Positions 47,301-59,300 of a stretch of 64,000 nucleotides of DNA are shown piece after piece. Position numbers and translations under genes: made by a program. Each line of letters begins with the position of its first letter. Positions within the stretch are counted from its first letter, which is position 1. The notes beneath the pieces are model-generated. The model was given only the letters and a program-made list of their open reading frames with translations, was not told the origin of the DNA and ran no database searches. Origin of the DNA: Diadema antillarum (lineage: Eukaryota); NCBI RefSeq assembly GCF_040938485.1, contig NW_027271094.1:248001-312000 (forward strand). Direction: 5' to 3'.

Positions 47301-50300
47301 TATGAGTAACATGTAATGTGAAGAACCTACTACAAAGCAGAAGCTTGTACAATGTAAACTTGCCTAAAAATTAAAAATTACATGTCAAAATTCCTATCAA
47401 AATCAAAAAGCATCTTGTTAAAACTGCATACAATGCATACTCATGGGTATTAATGACACTAGTGGCATCAATTAATGGCTGGCAATATTTCTATTATGAG
47501 TGCACAGTCCATTACCACCACTGTAGATCAGATGCAAATATGCAAGGATAGTGCTGTGAATACAAAGATAAGATAAAATCCTTACTTTCCAGTGCATCTA
47601 AAGTGCATTTACAGTGTGCAGTGGATAGCAATACCATAATTGTAAGCAGCATGCAGATAGCTGTACTGGCAACCAATATAGACATACTACCTTTGCGGGA
47701 TATTCTCCATGGAAATTTCCGGCAGAGAGAATCTCCCCTTGATCTGGAAACACCATCTACGAAGCAACAAGAATCAAGGGTAAAAACCTTGCACACGTGA
47801 AAGTAATTCACTCCTAGAGTCCTACTTAAAATTGCTATGCTACCTCATATTGTTTTTTCACAATTTCAACTTCCTGCCACTAGACCAGCCTTCCTCTCTA
47901 TATTTTCTCCTTGTGCCAATAGTCAATATGACTCCGTCAGTCTAACTACAAAAACAAAGAAAACACCTGGTATTTTACGCTATTGCTTCATGGCAGAAGG
48001 TCGAAAAGAGCTCTTTGAATGGCTTACTGAAGTGATGAATTCCAAACACAGGTGCAGCTCAGTGTTTTGTAAAGATTACATTGTTGGGGGGTTGCCAAAG
48101 AATAAGCACAGAAAACCCCAAACTTTGGAATAGGAAAATTAATTGACACAAAAGTTTGCTTCAGAAGACTTCTTCACAGCTGTGCAAAAGTTCGATGCAC
48201 CATTCATCTTATGGTAGGCCCCACTTACATTCGTTGCCGATGGGATTGCTTGAGCAATCAGCATTAGATATTAAATACACAATCATTTTAATTTCAGGAA
48301 TATGCATGCTTTACCTATCTTCGCCTAATAGCATTATCATTTTATAAATAAGCCCAGACACAGAACTCATCATTGAATGAGCAAGGTTTTCTCTCAAAAT
48401 GAAAGGATACAGGGTTATCCGTTGCACTGTTCATCTCAGTACACAGGATGCCATGGACAAAGTCAATCGTATCCAACACAACTCCATGGACCTACATGTG
48501 ACAAAAGAATCGTCGAAGAATAAAATTTAGAGACAATGAAATTGAAATTCCAGCACGGCATACAAGCGTGAAAATTATGTCAGACTGTGAACCAGAACTA
48601 CTATCATAAGTCATGATTCACAAACACCACGGGCACTGGAAAGCTGTTTCAACGAGTGTACATAATAGTTCAAGCGAATGTCTGAGAACGAAAATTAGTA
48701 ATGATCTCAGCGTTGAACTCATGAAATCATATCTTAATCTCTGAAACCAGTCAAAGTTTTATTCAGAAGATCTTAGTAAAAGTTTTAGCCTATAACAAAG
48801 AAGAGATTTCAGGTCCCCGTCTGCTATGACTAATTTTTTTTTTTTTAATTTATACAACAGCAATAATAAACATTGCTGTTATACAGAAAAAAGAAAGGCT
48901 AACAAAATAACTAAACCTGCAGTCAAACTAATCTGAATTTCAAAACGCTAAGTGGAGATGAGAGGTTGGCATGAAGCATTATCAGCAACAAATGTCATGA
49001 TCTAGCTATCGGTAAAGAAGAATGACCAGGGAAAAAGGAGGGGATGGTTATAGAGCATCAAGCAGTGACGACAAAAAAGAGCTCATCTTTAAAGGCAGTG
49101 CAAGAATTGATTTCTGCAGCACAAACAACATTCATATCTCACCTGTGGGCAGCACCTGAGCGTGTAGGCGTCCTGCACACGGTCACAGAAGCGATGGCTG
49201 ACTGAGATTTCGGAAGGATGGATCTCAGAGTGGAGCAGCGACTTGAAACGCCTGGCCACGTTGCCTTGACCCTTGTGGGGCCTGGTGCGATGAATACCTG
49301 GAATATAGAAGGAAAAGACACTCTATTCAATCATGAATTTTCAACAACCATTAAACTAAAGAAATATAGCATGCTGTTGAAAGGTATACAATGTAATTTA
49401 CTTGCCATAATTCTTGACAGAGTTATAAACATACTCAATTATTCTGAGAGCGGATTCTCAGGAGGCGAGATAAAAAGTTATAGCTTGAAAAGAAACACAG
49501 CAAAGATAATTTCGTTTGATATATCAAAATAACATGATAGCTAAATTATCTTCTGATTGTTTATCTTATCACATATGCAAAAGAAATATTGCAACTGATT
49601 GACAAACATCGACGTAAATAATGTCGATGTAGGGCAATTTGTCAGTCAGTTGCAATGAAAACATCTGGACGGAAGAATTTCATGAATTTGAATGAAAGAA
49701 ATACTGTGCTCAATTCATGCAATTAAATGACGCACATGTCTGTGAGATATGCTTATGTTCGAAAGGGCTGATGTGTACATAAGATAATTTTTATCTGCTA
49801 CATCTAATGAGAAACTATGATACTTTGAAGACATGTTAGTACAATTTCATGAAATGTGTAAAGCCAAGGAGATTTCTTACAGCTGTCAAAAGCTGTTGTC
49901 GTCCCTTTCAGCACTTCCAGGGTGAGGGCGGCAACAACGTCTGCCTGGCGAGCGATTAGATACGCTCTCTCCACAGCTACAAGTACAGGTAAAAATTGAA
50001 AAAAGGAAGAAATAATTAATTTTCCTGAATGGATATGTGGATTGCATGTGTCTAGAGTTTGATGGTGGTGATCATACTATCTTTTCCTTCCTATAAGACT
50101 CAGATTATCTCTGTCTGTCATTATATCTTAATTAGTGGAATACATAATTATAGTAAATAGGTAGAGTGAAATTTGCGTTGTGATTGGTTGGATAGTATCA
50201 CGTGATTGTGCAAAAATTCCGGTATAGTGGCACGACTGTGTCACTATACCAAACGCGTACGGTGCATGCCTACGCTTTATGTACGCAGAGATTCGCGCAG

Positions 50301-53300
50301 GGAGGGACGTAGTAGGACAAGGCCAAGCATTGCAACGTATGCGCGCGTAGAGCACTGGACGCAGAATGTAGGAGTTTATACGCGAGTCTGCTCTGTGATG
50401 AACAAAACGCATACGTGGCTGTACTAGCGTCGCGCGCTGTGTACGTAAATTATACAGTACAGTTGGTTGTGGTTGACTCTGCATGCCAGAAATCAGTGCC
50501 GGTACACGGTGAGTCTATTAAAAGTTGGATCTAGGGCCTAAACCTACGGAAAATACATTTAGATCGAGGGACCTATTACTATAACAATTAGTGCATGTTC
50601 CAAGATGCATTAGTACTGGACTATAGAACTCCTTATACTAAATTATTCCTTGTGCAATTCTATTCACCTTGGCCTGCGGCCTCGGTGAAACAAAACAGCA
50701 CTCGGGATAATTTAGTATTTGTCGTTCTCTAATCCAGTATAGTGCATCATAGAGCATGCACTATTTGTATAATAGCCTCTTCGCCAGCACCATTACACCA
50801 CTGAGCAGAATGAAATATAAATGACCACTGAGTAATAGCTTTACAATACTTACTTCAAGCCCAGCCTTATTGTAAATGCAGCTGGTTCGCACCCTATGAT
50901 ATGCTTTTCTCATTCTTTAAGACATGCACACATTTCAGCATGTGCAGTCAGCAAAAAAAAAAAAAATGAAAATTCCATAAACGGTGCCAAAGCACAACCA
51001 TTCAAGCTGATGACCAAAAATGAAAGTTACACTCTGATAAAGACAGTAACGTATTATGTTTATCTATAATTGATTTATTCACTCAAGGGTAACAAAATAC
51101 TAATTTACATATAGTTTTAGCAATTGCAAATATTCTTGTGATTTAAGTATTGTCACCCCTGAATTTGTAATAACTAAAAAGTTCCTGTTGTTATATCATA
51201 TGAGCATTTACTTGATTGAGCAATCCTATGAAATGGACAGGATGGATAAGTCTTGTATAATTTACTCCCTGAAGACAATGCAGATAAAGTATGTAGAGGT
51301 AATCAGGAAAAAAAAATGTGGAGGGAACAACACAGATAGGTATGTGATCAACATGACCATAAACTTGACAGCAACATTCATAAAGACTATTAACAACATA
51401 AAGAGTTGGATCCTTATCACTTAGCTGAAAACAAATATATTTTGTGTAGGTGTGTCTGTGGGAGTGCAGTGAGTGTATGAACAGCTGTAAATAAAGGAAT
51501 AAATGTTTGAAAAAGAAAAAACGAAATGCACGCAAAAGGAATTAAATGGAGAATGAATATGGCGAAAGGCCAAATCAAACAAACTGTTAAAAAGACGCAT
51601 GAACAAGACAAGCACACAGATTTGGCTAAATACCTTCTGCGCCAAGGGCAGTAATCATTTGAGTTCCATTGATAAGAGCAAGACCCTGTATGCAGAGCAA
51701 TCAAAAGAGCAAAAGACAAATTAACAAAAAATGTCAAAACAACAGCACGAAAGCTCAGTACTCAAAACCACAGCATCCTTGAACATCATTGCAGATTTAC
51801 AAACACAGGCACATTATGTGCTGTTCTTGGTTACGATTGGAAGTTTGTCATGCAAGCTTCACACGCATTTACATCTGCTGGCCTTTGAGTTGGATAAAAT
51901 CACTTGATAAACCTCTTAAAAACAACAACAACAACAACAAACCTTTAAGCAAATTTGTATAGTTAACCCAACAATCTTCCGTGGCAAAATAGGATTTCAA
52001 AGAAACAACATTTCAATGAATATCACAATACAGTGCACTCCCGTTTTAACGAAATGCTCGGGACAGGCAGTTTTCTTTCGTTAAAACGAAATTTCGTTAT
52101 AACCGAACAAATACAATATATAACGAAAACAAGGAAACCACGTATATATATATATCATATTCTGTTTGCTGAACACTCATCATACACTGGAAAGCCATGT
52201 GAAATGTGATGGGATAACTGTATTACAATGATAAACACAAGTTCCCCTCAGAAACTGTGCGTGACACAAGGAGCGAACACACAGTGGTGTGAAGCGTTCA
52301 CCCATGCAGAAACGCTATAAATGCTTGTTCTGCTACGTATTTTCGAAAGCAATTCGCATTTCGTTATAACGGAGCACATTTCTTTTGTTTTTCTTTGTCT
52401 GTGGCGCTCGGAAAAGACTTTGTTATAACGGAAATTTCGCTATAACCGTGTTCGTTATGAGCGAATTTTGTACCATAGACTTTAATGGTGATAATTTTGG
52501 GACCAGAAGATTTACTTCGTTATAACGAAATTTCATTATAACCGTGTTCGTTGTAACGGGAGTGCACTGTACCACATTAAAAATGTCATTTGTCTTTTAA
52601 TATTACTCAATGTTTAAAGAATTGACTTCTACAGATATGCATGGACATTGTAGTAACATTCCGTTAACCATATTCGGATCTATTATTACTTACTTCCTTT
52701 GGCCCAAGTTCTATTGGGGTCAGCCCATGCGCTTTCAGAACCTGTATGTAATTCAAAATTCAAAATAATATACTGTATAATTCTTTAAAAGAATACAGCA
52801 GGTACAGTTACGACAATTTTTCCTGGGTAGTTTAATGGCTATCATGTATGGTAGTAAAAGTGGCATGTCATGACATGGGCAATGTACTGTCATGACATCA
52901 CAATGATATATGTTACATGTTCATTTTGCTGTCAGAACCAACATTGGCAGATCCAAGAAAGGTCAATGTAGGTAAAATCGCTGGTCCAGGGCCCCATTTC
53001 ATAAAAGATGTTCTGATAGCAACTCTTGCTGGAATGGCAATTTCCAATAGCAACAGCAAATCAGGAAGCTGGATTCTTGTCGTTACCATGACAATTGCCA
53101 TTCCAGCAAGAGTTGCTACCATATCAACTCTTTATGAAATGGGGCCCTGAAATGAAATAACTAGCTTCTAGTACAGCTGTATGTTCAAGCACGGGTGAAT
53201 AGATGAGATACTATCATACAAAATGTTGAGGTATGAAATACTAACTGGGTGCACATTATGATGTTCATAGACTAAACAGAAAACACATCAGCTAATAAGA

Positions 53301-56300
53301 GCACAAATTACCCACAAAGTATAAACCTCCAAAAAGGATATAAAGGAGTATGAGAGGAAAACACTTGCTCACTTCAATGAGTGCTTTAACCTTTAAGTTC
53401 AATTCACATGATTCATTCTGTATTATGTCTTTATAGGTGAAGTTTCAATGCTGCACATCCTGTGAATGGAACCCCTCAGGCTATTCCTCTGAACACAACT
53501 ATTGATGTCGTTGAATAATCTATTCTGCCCATTCAACCATAACAATGCTGATCAAGGTGAGCAATGTGCGCTTGCTAACATGCTCTATATGGCGGGAACA
53601 AACACTCGGGAACAAAGGATGCCCTTGGTTTGTATACCATACCCCGCACTTCATATTCATCATGAACGTCTGCTAAAAGAGTGTGCAGAAAGCATGGGAC
53701 CATATATCTACTGCTTTGTGACCCACTTTTTATCTGGTGGTTTCCACAGAACTTGGAAGAAAACTTATCTGATGTATCTGATGGTTCCCCACAGAGTCCA
53801 ATACACATTTTACTGTGATGCACTCACAGGATGCACATGTGCACAGACAGTTATGAAAAGAAAACCATATGTAAAGAAAAAAAAATACTAAAAACCAGCA
53901 TGACCAACATTAGTTGTCCACAACAGCAAAAACAATGATCCACCGGCCATGAATGGACTGGTACACAAGAAAAGTTTGGTGAAAGAACTTACAAACTGAG
54001 ATGCTGAGAATGTCAATGAGATAAGAGCAGACTAAATATTCAAGCATTACTAAACCTGTATGGGTACACTTGTGTATAAAAGAAGCAACACATAATAGGA
54101 ATGGGCTGGCACCATGACCAATTAGGTGACTGAAACAAAGTTTCAATACATAGCGAGTATATACAAACCTAACAAAGTGACAAAATACAGTATCAGTATA
54201 ACTCTGGATGACCCAGAAATTTTCCAGCAATGGACTAGAAACTGAAGGAGTCACTATATAGGAGAGCATTTTCTTTTTAAATGAGAATATAGATGGCAAA
54301 AAGGCACAAAGGAATGGCATTTGATAGCAAAATACACCATGCTTCAATATCTAAATTACAAAAAAAAGTATCAAGGACAAGTTCACACAAATATATGTTT
54401 GCATGAACATTTAGTGAAAGCAGCAATAACATTTGTGAAAGTTAATAATTTGTAAAGTTTCAATGCCATGATGGCAGAATGAGAAGACTACTACAGTTTC
54501 TGATGTCACATACAAATGTAGAATGATACAAAGAAATCATAATGAGAATTCCACACATTTCACTTTTTTTAATGAAAAGTACAAGTACACATTCACTGGA
54601 CATTTACAGACACATATTAAAAGTAATATTCCCCCTGCTTGCTGAAAGAGGCGAGTCAATTGCTCTTTTAGAATGCTGGAAAAGTAAGAACACGTTGCAT
54701 TTTCTTTATATTTTCCTTATATTGTTCTTGAGTATGTGACACAGAGACCCAAAGTAGTCCTCTCATCCAGCGATTGCTGCACAAAAACATTAAGAATCCA
54801 TAACTTTTGAACGGATTGTCTGATTTTCCTCAAACTTTCACGAATGTGTTCTACTGACATTGCAGCATTCACTCAATCCACATTTATTTGGGTGAACTTG
54901 TCCTTTCTCTCACATCTTTGGCCTCAGCATAACCACTCTTAGGACTCCACATTTTGCCTTCTCCCATGAGGCCGAGGGCGAGGTGCGACAGAGGCGCTAA
55001 GTCTCCGCTGGCGCCAACAGTTCCCTTACAGGGGATGACGGACAGACAGGAAGCTGGGGTAGAAAAAACAAAAACAAAAACAGAGTCAACACTTGTAACA
55101 CTTGATCCCTGATCTGATTTGATTATAGTGTTGATAATTTAACAACCACAAATAGATTGGAATATATAAGGAATATATCAGGAATATATCAGGAATATAT
55201 CAGGAACATATCAAGAGTTTCAAGATGCCACATGCAGCTAAGAAATCTTAAAGTTTAATCTTGAAGGGCTCTCACCATTGAAGGCGTCGATCATTTGCCC
55301 AAGAACTCGTACAGAGATGCCGCTGTGACCCTTGGCAAGGATGTTAATGCGGAGGGCCAGGAGCTTTCGGGTGTGCTCGGGGGAGAGGGGCTGACCCACA
55401 CCGACGCAGTGAGAACGGATGAGATTCTCCTGCAGCTCTCTGGAGGAGGACAGACCAATCAGTGGAGGGAAATGAGGGGTCAAAGGTCAGAGATAATCGA
55501 AGGTCATAATTGGTAAAGGTTATGAAAGAATGATGGCTCATGTAGCAGCACAGTAAACTCACAATATAAACTATAAAAGACATGAATCACTTTCATTCTA
55601 ATGCAACGTTTTGATGCTATTTTGATAGCAAACACACATCATTAGATTGAAAATGGCCAGTGGGACAAGGGAAGGGGGTGGTCTCATGACAGAAGCCCCT
55701 GGACTTATCACCCACTCTCTAGATTTTTTTTAAAAAAAGTTTCACATACTTAGGTACTGTTAGCACAAAGGTGAGCTCTACTAATCACAACATATGCAAC
55801 ACAGTTATAATATGCATAACTTATGAGTCCTTAATTTTGCATGCATCTTTACTTACAACAATGCATTTGAGCAAGAAGTTGAGTATAGAATCCATTCATT
55901 CAAATCTCGTTTTCAGCTGTCACATTCTGGCACATAATGAAATCTTGGAAAGCTTAGCACAGATCGCTTTTCATGATCCAACATTTTTTGCAAGATTATT
56001 TCAAGAAGATTTGAATAACTGCAGTAAAACTGTACAGATAGACCTTCAGATCTGTAATGTTATGCTGTATCTTGGGACCAGGAGTAATCAAGTGCAGTAA
56101 GTGAGAAACAAAAACAATATGAAATTGCTTTCTAAGTCATTAAGGTTTTTTTTTTTTACTTTTTGTTTTGTTTCACTTTTTTAAATAAAAAAAAAGGTTT
56201 ATTATTACATAAAAGTTGTTATTTCATCTTACTTCTAAAGTACTCACATCATATGTTTTCTTTCAAAGGGATGGTAAAGTTTTGGTTTAGATTGGGGGCT

Positions 56301-59300
56301 GCAGGTTTCCAACATTTGCGTATGTGTGTGTGTTTGTGAGATAATGAGAAACCTCTTAAGATATATAAAAGAGCATATTTATTCTTAGAGGAATTCACAG
56401 TTTATTTGATGAAAATTGGTCTTCAAATAGCTGACATATTTAGAAAAGCAATCTTAATGAAATACTGCAGGGCACGACTTTTATTAGGATCTCTTTGTTT
56501 TACTTTGTTTTTGGATGTTTCAGTCATTTCAAAACCAATTTTCATCAAATAAACTTTCAATTCCCCTAGAGTTACTTATGCTCTTTAACATTTCAAAGAG
56601 TGGTTTCAAGTATCTTGCAAAAGGGTAAAAGCTGAATCCTCATCTCAACCATTTCTATACTTTAAGAGAAATTTTGTATTTACCGAATTTCATCTGTTTT
56701 TGTTTCACTATTTTCTCTTGTTTTTTGTTCTAAAACAATTTTTTTTTTGCATGAGCATTGAAGACAAAAATTGGTGCTAGAAAGTAAATGATCAATCACT
56801 TCTTGCATTTATGTGTGAAAACACACACACAAACACACACACACACACACAGCATGTTGCTGTCCACATACAACTTTTAATGTTGCAGTGTTACTGAGCA
56901 TTGGGTAATGTAGAGTTTCCACAGACAGTGAGTCCACAAAAGGCCCAACAGACACAGGTGCCTGCAAACAAGTGCAAGGCCGCACAGTTTGACAATGAAA
57001 CTGCATTATCAGCAAATCACACACTGAACTGCACCATAGAGCAGAGTACGCTTGGACCTCACATAAGGAGGGGGTGCTCAAAACATAACACACACACACA
57101 AAAAAAAAAAAATGATAGTGAAATAATTCTGCACAGGCATGGCCTCGGTGGCCCAAGTCAAGTGCATATATTTGCTTTTTCACTTCACGAATGCTTTGGT
57201 GCAAACCAGTTTAGACCAGTTCTCCATGAGGTTTTGTCACAGGAAGCATTTTATTTATGGAAACTTCTTTTTTCACAATCATTTCCTTACTCTAAGGCTA
57301 CATCCTGCTACAAATGATCCTCTTAATCATTTCAGCTTTATGCAAAAAAAAAAGTCTATAACACTAATCTCCCCATTACTCTTCTTCTAGCATAAGTTTT
57401 ACATGACTGAAATAAAAAGCAATATTTTACAACTTGTATGTTCATTCTGGTCTTAATTTCATATCATCACTGCATATTTCTCAAGCACAACAGAAGTTTT
57501 ATCTCTAACATTGGTATGAAAAGTAGGGCCTATACACTGTATCTCTAATATGGATGGAATACATTAAAAAACAGTGAAATTATCTACAACAAAACTCCCA
57601 TCACATGTCCTATTAAAACATAATATGACACTGATTTTTGTACAGCTTCAATATGTTTTATGTGAGAATCTAGCATCTGATATAAGTTAAGGTGATTCAT
57701 TACCTCAAGAATCAGATCTACTCGGGTCCACCAACCCAAAATATATGTACTACAGACTGTACATATCAAAGCACACTGTCAATGGGACTGATAGTTTTTA
57801 AACCTTGACAAACTACAATGTAATTTCCATCTTACATAATAGCTGCTTTTAAGCTTTCAAGCTTCAGTTCACTGATAGTGACCTTGAGTCAAACGAGAAA
57901 CAAACACACGCCCACTTGGACTATTCACTAAATTCATGACTCGTGCAGTCACGCAGTATAACAAACAAATGTTTTCATAAAGAATTCCTACCTGCACTGT
58001 TATCCTAAAAACTGGTAATTTTTAATATGCATACATCATCTGAATTTTGTAAGTCCAAAAAAATATATCTTTCTTTCAGCTTGAACATGTGATAGACTGG
58101 CTTCAAAATGCTTTTCTTAGTTTCATTAAAAGAGTCTAAATGTTTGCGAGACTTACCGTAATTTCTCTGGAGCAATCACCACCCTGGCAAATTTGCCAAA
58201 TCCTGTGTTTATTCCATAGACAACTGAAATGGAAAATAACATGTATTGTATGGCAAACTTAAGAAAGCAATCAAGTACAAAGTGGATATTTTGCAAGTAT
58301 TTTATTGCAATTGTTGAATGATAGAGACTTGTGTATCTATTTGTGGAGAGTGTTGGTGAATAACTGTGTGTGTGTGTGTTGTGATGATGCCGACCTATTG
58401 GTGTGTCTATGCGTAACAATGTGTTAACAAATGAACATTTACACACAGTGACGCTAGAAATACAATTGTGTGGCATTATGTAAAAGCAGGTATAAACTGT
58501 CCATCTCCAGTTATCCAGTCATGTTGGGACTAGTGGTGTTACTAGATAACAAAGCGAGGTATAAATCCAAGCATGATACTTTCAAGTAGATTGGGGTATA
58601 CACAAGTCAACAACGATTTACTATTACTACAATGATTTACATGATATTTGAATTTTCCTATTACTTGTTAATATGAAATCAATAATTGGTAAAAAATACC
58701 CCTTTTCATGTGGATGGATCTCTTTTGAGTTTGCTGCCAAGGAATAATCAAATCTTTGAGGTGCACGTGTACCCCCTTCTCTCTCCAATCCACTTTCTCA
58801 AACCATCGGACAAGCCGCATAGGCCCTACTCTTCTTTCTACAACAATTTGGTTAGAATAGATATCATGATGATCTGTATTTATACCCCCCCCCCTTTTCA
58901 CTGCCTAGTATCTGCAATAGAATTGCTGTTTTGTAATTGGTTTTGGTTAAATTTCTCGCTGAAAAGAAACTGCATGTGGAAGATGAAGACAATCGTATGC
59001 CAGCCCACATCCAGAAAATAACTGAAGTTGGACTGCAGTTATATCCACCACAATTTGTGGTTGCAAATGCATATCTGATTTGGAAGTACAGTCAGCCTTG
59101 CTTAAGTCGAACTCACATAACTTGAAGGTCTTTTTAAGTTCTCTTCTCTTTATATTCTATCGATTTTAATCCCTCGTAAGTTGAATTTTCTCTTAGACGA
59201 AACTATTTCTTAAGTCCAAATAGATTTGACTTTATGCAAGGTTGACTGTACATACCAATCTATCAGGTAAATGAGTATGAAGATTGGATTTACCTTTATT

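Noticed and set aside
53502-54347. ORFs of 129 and 145 aa in a HAL-a intron
   Set aside because: No recognisable domain, no splice-consistent partner exons, composition like surrounding non-coding DNA.
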